64,000 nt of DNA from Promethearchaeota archaeon (GTDB lineage: Archaea; Asgardarchaeota; Lokiarchaeia; Sigyniarchaeales; SOKP01). The stretch spans positions 1 through 64,000 of the forward strand of contig JAUVNS010000013.1 in the NCBI GenBank assembly GCA_030599585.1. Reading direction: 5' to 3'. The position numbers and the translations under genes are program-made. The notes below the pieces were generated by a model, which saw only the letters and a program-made list of their open reading frames with translations, was not told where the DNA came from and did no database searches. Of the stretch, positions 47,271-57,368 are shown one piece after another (position 1 is the stretch's first letter; each line of letters opens with the position of its first letter).

Positions 47271-48566
47271 TTATAATTTGCTGGAAATTAGTCGTTCATC
47301 TTTTATTTTACCATTTAAAAGTGGGTCGTTAGTTTCTTTCATCCAATCTAGGAGTTTTTGCCTTAATACGAATAGGGTATTTTCATAGGTGGGATTATTG
47401 ACAAGATTATTAACCTCGTTTGGATCTTTCTCCAAGTCGTAAAGTTCTTCTTCAGCTCTCTTCATCTTTATTTTATCCTTTAGTTCTTGCCCAGATAACC
47501 CCCTCTCAATATCTAATGGTATTTGATACAGATATTCGCATGGCTCAAAATTGCGAATATATTTAAACGCTCTAGTTCTGACGCTCCTCAGAGGATCATA
47601 CATATCGTGATAATTTTTTTCTGTAAAGATTTCACTTCTAAAAGGGAGCGTAGTATCTTTTAGAACAGGTAGAAAGCTTTTCCCCTCAATTTTTTCAGGA
47701 ATTTGTGCTCCAATAAAATCTAACAATGTCGGCAAAAGATCAATATTGCTTATCATTTGTTTAAAGACTTGTCCACCATTAAATAATTTTTGATTAGGAC
47801 AGTTCATTACGAGTAGAATTTTTATTCCCGGATCATATAGCGTACATTTAGCTCTTGGGAAAGGGCTTCCATGATCGGTAGTATATATAAATAGCGTATT
47901 CTCTCTTAAACCAGTCCTTTCTAAAATTTCAATAATTTTTCCTATTATTTCATCTACAGGATTGATAATTCCATAATACAAACTAAGATCTTTACGAACC
48001 TTATCGTTGTCAGGTAGAAATGGAGGGACTTTTACGGAGTACGTATCGTTAGCTTGGCTCCATATAACAAAAGGTCTGTGTATTTCTATTGTACCGATAT
48101 TGAGAAAAAAGGGCTTTTCGTCATTTCTATGATTTTCTAGGAAACTTTCGTATTCACTAAACATTCTATTCGTATCGTATCTGTAATCTTTCATTCTTTT
48201 GCTAACAGTATCGTATCCTAATGTCTTGACATCTATCGCTTCATGTTGTAAACCAATTAAATGGGTTGAATAACCAGCCTCTCTGAGGTACATAGGAATA
48301 GTTCTATTTCTGGAGGGTAGAGACCAACCGCGATTCACCAACCCCATTAAACCATTTTGATGCGGATAAAGAGATGTTTGGATACTTCCTCGACTTGGTG
48401 AACATTGCGGTGCTGTACAAAAATAATTCGTAAATCGTATTCCGTCTTTAGCAAGTTTATCCAGATTAGGTGTTTTTAGGGAATTTGGTGTTGCAGGTGT
48501 ATTGTAACATTTAAGAAATTGACCTTGATCGTGCGTTATAAATAGTATTATGTTCGGTTTTTTCAA
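47271..48566 (-). CDS. Formylglycine-dependent sulfatase (sulfamidase-like)
   Basis: KPNIILFITHD, CSPSR (CxPxR), PHQNG, TTDHG, EELYDL. Confidence 0.9.
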   Translation of the reverse strand: MKKPNIILFITHDQGQFLKCYNTPATPNSLKTPNLDKLAKDGIRFTNYFCTAPQCSPSRGSIQTSLYPHQNGLMGLVNRGWSLPSRNRTIPMYLREAGYSTHLIGLQHEAIDVKTLGYDTVSKRMKDYRYDTNRMFSEYESFLENHRNDEKPFFLNIGTIEIHRPFVIWSQANDTYSVKVPPFLPDNDKVRKDLSLYYGIINPVDEIIGKIIEILERTGLRENTLFIYTTDHGSPFPRAKCTLYDPGIKILLVMNCPNQKLFNGGQVFKQMISNIDLLPTLLDFIGAQIPEKIEGKSFLPVLKDTTLPFRSEIFTEKNYHDMYDPLRSVRTRAFKYIRNFEPCEYLYQIPLDIERGLSGQELKDKIKMKRAEEELYDLEKDPNEVNNLVNNPTYENTLFVLRQKLLDWMKETNDPLLNGKIKDERLISSKL

Positions 48567-48724
48567 ATATATTCACTTTTAAAAATAACGCTATATCAGA
48601 AATAAAATTACTTTCGATGCTAGAAAAAATAAAAAATAAGCTAATTAATTTATTAAAAATGAAAATTATAAAAAGATGGTCATCTAATATTTAAAAATAC
48701 ATAATAAATTATTTAACAAAAAAA

Positions 48725-50149
48725 TTGGCTAATATTATGGAAAAAGATGTTTTAGATATTAAACATAGTAAGTTGGGTATGGCGTCTTACGGTTTCAACT
48801 CCTTTTCTAGAGAAATGCTTAGAATTGCCTTTACAACTTTTGGGTTCTTTTTTTATGAGTCTGAACTAGGGTTAAATGTGTGGTTGATATTTTTAGCATA
48901 TTTAATTTTTGCGATTTATAATATGTTTAACGACCCGCTTGTTGGATACTTAACAAATAAGCCCTTCAAGTTTACTAAAAAATGGGGCAGAAGATTTCCC
49001 TGGATTTTACTTGGTGGGCTGCCTTGGGGTTTTACATATATGCTTATATTTACGCCACCAACTTATGATGCTGTAGGAGGTGCGTGGATTTTATTCGCTT
49101 GGCTTCTCTTTACTACGTGTTTGTTTGATACATTTCACTCAATCTTATTTGTTAACTTTCAGTCGTTATTCGTTGATAAATATCGATCAGTTCAGGAGCG
49201 TAGAACTGCCAGTGGTATATATATTATGATAGGCGTTATAGGGGTTGCTTTAGGCTCTATTCTACCACCTTTATTATTTCAAACTACAGAAGGTACAGTT
49301 ACAAACTACCCCTCTTTTGCTTTTCAAGGTCTGATAGTAGCTATTATTTCGTTTGTTGGTTTTGCGTTAGCTATACCAGGTTCACGCGAAGATCAAGTTA
49401 CAATTGATCTTTATTTGGCTTCACAAACGGGAGAACGAGAAAAAACTCCTTTTTTTAAAACCCTATGGACCGCATTAAAGCAGACGCCATTCGTTGCATT
49501 CATGATATTTTACCTACTCTACCAGACTTTAGTAGAAATGATGCAAGCTTCCGTCCTATACACGGTTAAATATTCCCTGAAAATGGACGACTCAGCCACG
49601 ACTCTAATATTTGCGGCATTTCTTATTGGAGTACTAGTTTCAACCCCCTTTTGGATTTATTATTCAAAGAAAGTCAAAAATAATAAAAAAGTAATGTTGA
49701 TTTCTGGTTTACTTCTGGCTGCTTTTACAATACCAATAACATTTTATAGAGACTACTGGTTAATAGTTTTTGAGATGTTATTATGGGGATTAGCTATGGG
49801 AGGTTTCTGGATAATGATATTCCCAGTATCTGCAGATGTAATCGATAACGCAGTAGTGGCAACAAAAAAACGCGAAGAAGGAGTTTATACGGGATTTCAA
49901 CAATTTTTTGGTAGGATGGGAATAATAATTCAAGCTCTCACATTTGCATTAATTCATGAGCTCACAGGTTTCGACGAAGCTTTAGGAACAGCTCAACCAG
50001 AATCGGCAATTTGGGGTATTCACTTTCATCAAGCTCTCATACCCGCGATCTTAGTTATTATAGGTGCTCTTGTCTTTTGGAAGTGGTATAAGTTAACTCC
50101 AGAAAAAGTGCTAGAAAATCAGGAAAAAATTAAAGAAATGGGGATATAA
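48725..50149 (+). CDS. GPH-family (MelB/YihO-like) glycoside:cation symporter, MFS
   Basis: FNDPLVGYL, WGRRFPWI, ADVID...RExGVY; about 12 TM helices. Confidence 0.85.
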   Translation: MANIMEKDVLDIKHSKLGMASYGFNSFSREMLRIAFTTFGFFFYESELGLNVWLIFLAYLIFAIYNMFNDPLVGYLTNKPFKFTKKWGRRFPWILLGGLPWGFTYMLIFTPPTYDAVGGAWILFAWLLFTTCLFDTFHSILFVNFQSLFVDKYRSVQERRTASGIYIMIGVIGVALGSILPPLLFQTTEGTVTNYPSFAFQGLIVAIISFVGFALAIPGSREDQVTIDLYLASQTGEREKTPFFKTLWTALKQTPFVAFMIFYLLYQTLVEMMQASVLYTVKYSLKMDDSATTLIFAAFLIGVLVSTPFWIYYSKKVKNNKKVMLISGLLLAAFTIPITFYRDYWLIVFEMLLWGLAMGGFWIMIFPVSADVIDNAVVATKKREEGVYTGFQQFFGRMGIIIQALTFALIHELTGFDEALGTAQPESAIWGIHFHQALIPAILVIIGALVFWKWYKLTPEKVLENQEKIKEMGI

Positions 50150-50211
50150 TAGCTTTCACCCATCTAAAACTTTTTTTTTATTCTATTAATTTTTAATGTT
50201 ATAAGGAAACT

Positions 50212-51477
50212 TTATTTTAAAGCAGTAAGTTTTTTGTCAACTATATTAACAAATTTAAGTGAAACATCAAGAAAATTACGCAAAATCTTTTTATCAATGT
50301 TTTCTGGAGCATCCTTTACAGAATGCCAGTTAACCGCTTTGTTTTTTTCATGTTCCATACCCATTAAAGCTGCTGCTTTGAATCCTTCGTGAATATAACG
50401 GCAAGCATCACATGCTCCAATTTTCAGACTTCCCGTTCGTATGTTTAATAAGTCGGGATTTTCAACTTTTGTCTCCGCATGGGCTTGTAATAGAAGGTTA
50501 TTGATATCTGTATCATAGACTGCCTGGTGCATATCTTTTTCAATTAAGAACATATCCTCTGCTGCTCCACAACATTCTAACACCACGGTATAAGAATTAT
50601 CAAGAACCCCTAACTTCCCATATTTTTCAACGAAAGCCTGAGCCCCTCGATCACCTACTTCTTCGCTTCCTTGTGATCCAATCCATACTTCCACGTTCTT
50701 CGGTCTATTTTCGCTCAGGTGTTTTCCTATTGCGACAGCAACGGCAGTGGCAGATAAATTATCGTTTGCTCCTAAAACTACTGTTTTACCCAAGAACCCC
50801 TTTAACAATAAGATGAAAAAGGGATAAATTATAATAAGCGGAATAAAATAAATAAGATCTAACACTGTTATAGAAACTACTCCCCAATTCAAAATTTCAA
50901 TTGAAGATCCAGAAACCAATTGAGCAATAAATTTCCAGAGCGAAAAAATAATGGTGTGAAGTAAGAAGTAAAGCCCTACTCTCCCTATTATTTTGCGCGC
51001 TCGGAGCTTATAGCTCGCAATATTCATTTCTTTTGCACTGTCGGTGTGACCTTCAAATACTATACGAAATTTAACTTCCTCTGTAGGTTTTATTATTCCG
51101 AATACATTACTAGATTTTTTAGTCTTAAATAGAAATCCAATCCATCCTTTCATCAAAAATAACTCGCTATAGAGCACAGTAATGCCGAGGATTACAAGGA
51201 TTAAAGATACAATAGGAAAAGGAAATATTAAAGGCATAAATAATGGAGAAATGCCTCCCAAGATTCCCGCTACTTTAGTAAAGCCTTGAGGATACATCGC
51301 AGGGCGCGTTTCAAACTCGTCGATGAAGGTTTCGTCGCAAAATTGGTCAAGTTCTTTCTTAATCCAAATATTTGCGTTTTTTTCAGCTTCGCTACATGAA
51401 TATCTCGGTCCAAACTTCTTACAGATTGTATCTATGAAATTAAACATGTAATCAGAATAAGACTCATCTGTTTTCAT
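50212..51477 (-). CDS. Membrane-embedded M28-family peptidase
   Basis: GHTDS, GANDNLS, GSEE; internal TM helices. Confidence 0.8.
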   Translation of the reverse strand: MKTDESYSDYMFNFIDTICKKFGPRYSCSEAEKNANIWIKKELDQFCDETFIDEFETRPAMYPQGFTKVAGILGGISPLFMPLIFPFPIVSLILVILGITVLYSELFLMKGWIGFLFKTKKSSNVFGIIKPTEEVKFRIVFEGHTDSAKEMNIASYKLRARKIIGRVGLYFLLHTIIFSLWKFIAQLVSGSSIEILNWGVVSITVLDLIYFIPLIIIYPFFILLLKGFLGKTVVLGANDNLSATAVAVAIGKHLSENRPKNVEVWIGSQGSEEVGDRGAQAFVEKYGKLGVLDNSYTVVLECCGAAEDMFLIEKDMHQAVYDTDINNLLLQAHAETKVENPDLLNIRTGSLKIGACDACRYIHEGFKAAALMGMEHEKNKAVNWHSVKDAPENIDKKILRNFLDVSLKFVNIVDKKLTALK

Positions 51478-51755
51478 ACCAAATTCTCAACTTACACTTA
51501 GTAAAATTAATTACGATTAAGAATTCAACATAAATTTTATTTGTATCGCATTTTATTCGAGTTTTCTAAGAAGATATTTTCAAAGGAGGAGTAATTTTTA
51601 CCCTTTTTTTTTTTTTTTTTCTTAAATAATTATTGAGATTCTAAAATAGTTTATCCGTTAATAAAACTAGGAGACAGATTTTTATTCCAAATTAACCTAA
51701 TTTAAACACAATAACATCTAACCAAAACAATTGAAAACTTAAAAAAGGTGTAGAC

Positions 51756-52430
51756 ATGGTAAAAATGAGTCGTCTTTTGAAAAAAAAAACCGCGTACATC
51801 ATAATAGGTATAAGTATAGCGTGTTTGATACTTGGTCCAGTAATGGGATTATTATTAGATAAAATGACAATTTACGACAAAGATTCTGAACTCATACTAG
51901 AAGATAGTAGTTCAGGTCTGACGAAAGCATTCTATAAACCGGTGTCTTTAAGTAAAGATCAAAAACTCATAGTAGAGATTTCAGAATTTTACCCGAATAC
52001 AAGTATTACCATAAAAATTATTGCTAAGAGCGTTTTCGATCGAGCGTTTAGTTTGAATAGCACTCCAAGCGGAATTTCAGGGTTAAATTTTGTATATTCT
52101 GAATTTGGATGGGGGGCATCGCCTGCTGGCAGTACAAACGGAGCTACAGCACTATCCTTACCGAGTACCGGAATGTATTTCTATATCGAATTTATGGGAG
52201 ATAGAACAGGAGATTCGTTAATCTCGTGGCCAGGTGATTATTTCGTTATAGTTTACGGAACTAACTCAGGTCCAGCTTCAGTAAGAGATGTATATTTTGA
52301 TATTACCATAAAAGTTGATGGCCCGGGAGAGACTTTGAACAATTTTCTAATAATTATAGGAGCACTCATTCTAGTTGCTTACGCTATGTTAGCTTTAGTA
52401 TCAATATTAAAAGCAAATTATCTAAGGTGA
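51756..52430 (+). CDS. Hypothetical membrane protein (N- and C-terminal TM, soluble middle)
   Basis: AGGTG RBS; hydrophobic termini. Confidence 0.7.
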   Translation: MVKMSRLLKKKTAYIIIGISIACLILGPVMGLLLDKMTIYDKDSELILEDSSSGLTKAFYKPVSLSKDQKLIVEISEFYPNTSITIKIIAKSVFDRAFSLNSTPSGISGLNFVYSEFGWGASPAGSTNGATALSLPSTGMYFYIEFMGDRTGDSLISWPGDYFVIVYGTNSGPASVRDVYFDITIKVDGPGETLNNFLIIIGALILVAYAMLALVSILKANYLR

Positions 52431-52436
52431 TTAAAA

Positions 52437-52910
52437 ATGGGGACAGAAGAAAGAAAAGTAAGCTTATATGATATGTTACCAGTAATGAATAAAGAAAAAG
52501 CTACTAAATTCCTCATCTATGGATTATTAGTAGCAATCATTTTTGGTACTATACTCATGATTAGTAAATCAATTGCAGATAATGCTTCCATATGGCTATC
52601 ATTAGAAAACCAACAAAACGAAATGAACTATATGCAAGGATTATACGGGTATAACGATTACATCGTAAAGATTGAAAGAGCGCTTTTAATCAGATATTGG
52701 ATGGAATATCAAGTAATCATCGTTGGAAATATAGCTAGAATAGGTGTAAATGTTGGTTTATTCTTCATTGTTGTAGGATTTCTGAGTTTTGCTTTAAATG
52801 ACAAATTTGACGAAAAATCACGAAGAATATATCTTATTCTAGCCGGTGCTATTCTGTTTGTAATCATGGTGACCACATTTTTCTCTCAAATTGCGATAAT
52901 TGTATCTTAA
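52437..52910 (+). CDS. Hypothetical 3-TM membrane protein
   Basis: AGGTGA RBS overlapping the upstream stop; three hydrophobic segments. Confidence 0.7.
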   Translation: MGTEERKVSLYDMLPVMNKEKATKFLIYGLLVAIIFGTILMISKSIADNASIWLSLENQQNEMNYMQGLYGYNDYIVKIERALLIRYWMEYQVIIVGNIARIGVNVGLFFIVVGFLSFALNDKFDEKSRRIYLILAGAILFVIMVTTFFSQIAIIVS

Positions 52911-53016
52911 ATCTAAATAATTTTTTTCTTTTTTTTATATCTTTAACTAAGAAAGAATATATATCATACATCAATTAACTATAAATTACTCCTAATTTCA
53001 GTAGGTAAATCTCACT

Positions 53017-54231
53017 ATGAACTCTGAACAGGATGATACAAAAAGACAGGAACTAGTTAAGGGTTCGTTCTTGGTGGAATTTATTATATATTTGCTTTTT
53101 GCACTAGGTCCTTTAACGGGTAATGTCATTCTTGTCTTATTTGGAGTACTGTCTGCTGATTTTTCTGTTTTACCAAGTGATTTGTTAATAACCATCCCCT
53201 CGTTTATGTTCCCATTTGCCTTCGTGCAATTATTTTCAGGGGCAATTTCAGATGTAAAGGGCAGATACACGGTAATTTTATTAGGTCTGTCAATTTTTGG
53301 AATGGGAATGATTCTAGCGTCTTTATCGTTCTCCCTAATAATCTTTGTTTTAGCTAATGTATTAGGTGGAATTGGTTTTGGTTTTGTAAACCCAGTTTTA
53401 ATAGCGTTAATCACAGATATAACCCCCGGACCGAAAATCTCGAAAAAAATGGGATTACTAGGCGCTGTTGCTAATTTAGCAGTTGGGTTTGGTCCTTTAT
53501 TAGCTGGACAAATATTAATAGTAGGGTGGAGGTATCTTTATGTAATTTTTGTTGTTATCACTGTTGTAGGTTTCATAATAATCTTTAGTCTAAAAAGAAG
53601 CCAACCAAAAACTTCATCAGAAATGGAAATCCGAGAATTTTTCTCCCACTTGAAGATAGAAATTCGAAGACCTGTAGTACTACTGTTGATTTTGTCAGCT
53701 TTTTTAGTTTCCCACACTTCTATCGCAGCGATTATTTGGACTTCGCGATCGTTTACGCATATAATTCCTGAGAATATTTCAGGTGTGGTTCTATTACTTT
53801 ATGGGATCATGGGTTTCGTATCTGCAAATATTGCGGGGATAACGATTAAGAAGAGAGGAATTAGGTTTACGCTGTCTATTGCATTGATTTCACTTATTAT
53901 AGGTGACATAATTTTAGTTGTATTCGGTGATAATAGTTTGGAAGCCCTAGTTTTAACCACTACAGGTTTGATTTTTATGGGCTTCGCGGGCGGATTATTA
54001 TTTACTTCTCTCATGTACTACAGTCAAACGTTATCTAAAGAAAGGAGAGGTGCTCTAGCTGGTTTAACTACAGCAGGGCAATTTATTGGAATTGCTTTTG
54101 TTACGATAACTCTTGAACCTTTTTTTAATTCTGGTGGAATTTCCTTAGTTTACCTGATAATTCTAATGATTTCTATAATACTTTGTGTTATTTTACTATT
54201 GTTAGATAAATTCGCAAAAAAGACAAAATAA
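53017..54231 (+). CDS. MFS transporter (efflux-type)
   Basis: GAISDVKGR motif A; about 12 TM helices. Confidence 0.85.
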   Translation: MNSEQDDTKRQELVKGSFLVEFIIYLLFALGPLTGNVILVLFGVLSADFSVLPSDLLITIPSFMFPFAFVQLFSGAISDVKGRYTVILLGLSIFGMGMILASLSFSLIIFVLANVLGGIGFGFVNPVLIALITDITPGPKISKKMGLLGAVANLAVGFGPLLAGQILIVGWRYLYVIFVVITVVGFIIIFSLKRSQPKTSSEMEIREFFSHLKIEIRRPVVLLLILSAFLVSHTSIAAIIWTSRSFTHIIPENISGVVLLLYGIMGFVSANIAGITIKKRGIRFTLSIALISLIIGDIILVVFGDNSLEALVLTTTGLIFMGFAGGLLFTSLMYYSQTLSKERRGALAGLTTAGQFIGIAFVTITLEPFFNSGGISLVYLIILMISIILCVILLLLDKFAKKTK

Positions 54232-54260
54232 CTAGTTATCATTTGTAAAATAAATCTATA

Positions 54261-57023
54261 TTAATTTAGAACGGTAACTTCTTCTTTATCGCTCATTTTT
54301 TCCTCGGTTTTCACTTTATCTAAGAAGTATGGATCCATTATAGTGGAAATTTGCTTAAAATCGTAATGCGTGGCCTCAATTGCTTTTAAGTGACAAGTTG
54401 CAGAACATTTTCCACATCCTTTGCATAATGATGAATTAATAACAGCTTTTTTAACTGGTATACTCACATCTTCAAAGGTTTGTTTCATATCTACAAGTGA
54501 AATTGCTTTAAAGGCACACACTTCCGTGCAATTGCCACATCCATTACACTTTTCAATAGTTATTTTCATATCTTTAAAGTAGCATTCTATAGATAATAGA
54601 AACGATAGAAATTCTAATTTGGATGTTGATATTTCCTTTATACTTAAAAATCTACTTGCACGACCTGCGGCCCCATTTGACTCCAACATAGAATCTTGAA
54701 CATTTTTTGGCCATAGAGCACAGCCACATACAAAAATCCCTTGCCCTGCAAAATCTAAAGGTCGTAATTTCGTATGAGCTTCAATAAAAAACCCATTTTC
54801 ATCCAAGGGTATATTCAAGATATTTGACAAAGACTTAATATCAGCAGGAGGAACCATAGGCGTAGAGAGTATAACAAGATCAGTGTTGAAGTTAAGAATA
54901 TTATTATTGTTAAGATCATCATGTAAGGTTATTTCATATTTTTCTGGATCACTATTCAGTTTTGCTATCTCAGGAATATTATCTATGTCGTATCTTAAAT
55001 ATTTAGCTAACGATTTTCTTTCACTGAAAATCTCTTCGAATTCTTTTTTAGCCATATGAAGATCGCGAAACAACACTAGAATGTTGAGATTAGGTTTAAG
55101 TTCTTTTAGAATTTCAATGTTTTTTATGGCGTTACTACAACAGACATTTGAACAATAAGTAAATCCATTTACTTGTCTTGATTTTACACAAAGTATTACT
55201 GTAACATGTTTAATCTTCCTTAACCAAGATTTATCTACAGTTTTTAATTTCTGTTCCAACTCTAAGAGTGTCACGACATTTTCATTTTTTTCACTATACT
55301 GAAATTGTCCGTGTGGTTTAAACTCCTGACTCCCTGTTGCAACAATAATAACACCAACTTTAATCTCGTGAACATCGTTAGCCTCATCTACGAATACAAT
55401 TTCATAATTCCCAATTGAACCCTTTACCTCCTTAATTATAGAATTTAAATATACTTTAATCCTCGAATTCTTCTTGATTTTATCTTCGATATTATCCAGA
55501 AATTCTAAAGAATCTTGTTTCGCCGGATATAAAAGGTTTATAAATTTTAAATTTCCTCCTAATTGGTCCTCTTTTTCAATAATAATCGTATCGTATCCTT
55601 GTTTACTTATATTTAATGCCGCTCCCATCCCTGAAACTCCACCACCTATTATTAAAGCTCTTGGTGTTATGGTAACAGTTTTATCTTTTGATTGATGGTC
55701 TTTTACACTTGCTTTTACCTGGGAATATCTTGCAGAATTTAATAAAGTTGCTACATGTCCTGCTACTCCACTAGCATCAGCAGCAGTTTCTGTTATATTC
55801 ATCGGACCCTGACAGAAGCCACATAAAAAGATTCCTTCCTTCATAGATAGAGATTTATTGAAGTAGGATTTAGATTTAAAAAACCCGTAATTATCTAATT
55901 CAATTCCTAGTTTTTCAGCTAATAGATTTGTTCCTTCGGAAGAAGTTGTTGGAGCAGCTAAAACTACCATATTTGCTCTAAAAGTCTTATCCTCTTCGGT
56001 TTTTAAATCCCTATAATGTATAAGTAAATCTTTTGTATCCGGTTCTTCTTCAATTTTATAGATCTTTGTGTGAAAATATTCTATGCCAAAGTTTTCTTGG
56101 GAACTTCTAGTATATTCGTAAAAGTTTTTACCAAAAACTCTAATATTATGCCTGAAGATTGAAACTTGTGTGTTTTCCGAATAGGTTTTAGTTAAAATTG
56201 CATTTTTTACAGTATACATGCAGCACACACGTGAACAATATGGAATATCTCCTTTTGAATTATTAGAACTAACACAATTGATAAAAACTATTTTTTGAGG
56301 TTCTTTTTCATCGCTAGGTCGTAAGATATTTCTACCGAAAGGTCCAGTAGGACTAATGAATCGTTCATATTCTAAACCAGTGACAACATTTTTATATTGA
56401 TAACCCCACTTTTCCGGTAAATTGTCACCAGAAATATCAAAACCAGTTGCAACCACAATAGCTCCGACTTTGAATTGAATTTCCTGTGTTTTTTGGTTAA
56501 AATCTATCGCACCCACCTTGCAAACTTTACTACAAACTCCACACACATCTCTATTTAGATATAAACACATCTTTGGATCAATTAGATATACTGGTGGGGT
56601 TGCCTGTAGAAAAGGTATATAGACCGATTTTCTTTTTCCCAAATTCAAGTCAAATTTATTAGGAGCTTCAATCTTTGGACATTTTGCAGCACATTCGCCA
56701 CAACCTCTGCATTTTGTTTCATCAATAAATCGGGGTTCCTTTTTAATGGTTACGTTGAAATCTCCCAGAGTTCCTGTAATTTCTTGAACCTCTGAAAGAG
56801 TGTATAACTCGATATCAGGATTTTTATATACCGAAACCATTTTAGGAGCCAATACACATAAACTACAATCATTATTTGGAAAAAGCTTGTCAAATTGTGC
56901 CATTCGGCCTCCGATGGATGGTTCCCTTTCAACTAAATAAACTTTAAATCCAAGTTCGGTTAAATCTAGGGAGGTTTGAATTCCTGCGATGCCTCCCCCA
57001 ATAACTAACACAGACCCTTCCAT
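54261..57023 (-). CDS. hdrA: HdrA-like tandem flavoprotein, second divergent paralog
   Basis: Two GGGxxG FAD modules, DCSLC, YCSRVCC, ferredoxin CxxCxxCxxxC motifs. Start at ATG 57023 (MEGSVLVIG, same as the paralog); GTG 57035 lies within the AGGTG RBS. Confidence 0.85.
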   Translation of the reverse strand: MEGSVLVIGGGIAGIQTSLDLTELGFKVYLVEREPSIGGRMAQFDKLFPNNDCSLCVLAPKMVSVYKNPDIELYTLSEVQEITGTLGDFNVTIKKEPRFIDETKCRGCGECAAKCPKIEAPNKFDLNLGKRKSVYIPFLQATPPVYLIDPKMCLYLNRDVCGVCSKVCKVGAIDFNQKTQEIQFKVGAIVVATGFDISGDNLPEKWGYQYKNVVTGLEYERFISPTGPFGRNILRPSDEKEPQKIVFINCVSSNNSKGDIPYCSRVCCMYTVKNAILTKTYSENTQVSIFRHNIRVFGKNFYEYTRSSQENFGIEYFHTKIYKIEEEPDTKDLLIHYRDLKTEEDKTFRANMVVLAAPTTSSEGTNLLAEKLGIELDNYGFFKSKSYFNKSLSMKEGIFLCGFCQGPMNITETAADASGVAGHVATLLNSARYSQVKASVKDHQSKDKTVTITPRALIIGGGVSGMGAALNISKQGYDTIIIEKEDQLGGNLKFINLLYPAKQDSLEFLDNIEDKIKKNSRIKVYLNSIIKEVKGSIGNYEIVFVDEANDVHEIKVGVIIVATGSQEFKPHGQFQYSEKNENVVTLLELEQKLKTVDKSWLRKIKHVTVILCVKSRQVNGFTYCSNVCCSNAIKNIEILKELKPNLNILVLFRDLHMAKKEFEEIFSERKSLAKYLRYDIDNIPEIAKLNSDPEKYEITLHDDLNNNNILNFNTDLVILSTPMVPPADIKSLSNILNIPLDENGFFIEAHTKLRPLDFAGQGIFVCGCALWPKNVQDSMLESNGAAGRASRFLSIKEISTSKLEFLSFLLSIECYFKDMKITIEKCNGCGNCTEVCAFKAISLVDMKQTFEDVSIPVKKAVINSSLCKGCGKCSATCHLKAIEATHYDFKQISTIMDPYFLDKVKTEEKMSDKEEVTVLN

Positions 57024-57046
57024 AATTTTAAACACCTTTTTAAAAA

Positions 57047-57082
57047 ACAGAGTTTGTAATTGAAAATCTTTAACAACTCTGT
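57047..57082 (-). promoter_or_regulatory. Hairpin followed by a U6 run in the putative 5' leader of the second hdrA
   Basis: Minus strand ACAGAGTTGT...ACAAACTCTGT-TTTTT, directly before the AGGTG RBS. Confidence 0.4.
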
Positions 57083-57122
57083 CATGAATCTTTTTTAATT
57101 AAGTAATGGAGAGTTAAAATTA

Positions 57123-57153
57123 TTATATAAATATTATCGTGATAAATTATCAC
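57123..57153 (-). promoter_or_regulatory. TATA box with upstream palindromic operator
   Basis: TTTATATAA on the minus strand at 57123-57131; perfect GTGATAA-A-TTATCAC palindrome at 57139-57153. Confidence 0.45.
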
Positions 57154-57368
57154 AAAACGACAAAACAAATGAAATATTTTTTGTTTTATGACATGATTTC
57201 GATTTTTTTGATCAATTATAAACATTTATAGAATAAAAAGTGATTTAAAGTGACATTTTAAAATTAATAAATTCTTTTAAGTTTAAAATTGAAACTCTAT
57301 TCATAAAAAATTGAATTTTAAATAATTAGATTCGAAGATTCCACTAGACTTGGAAGGAAAATAATGTT

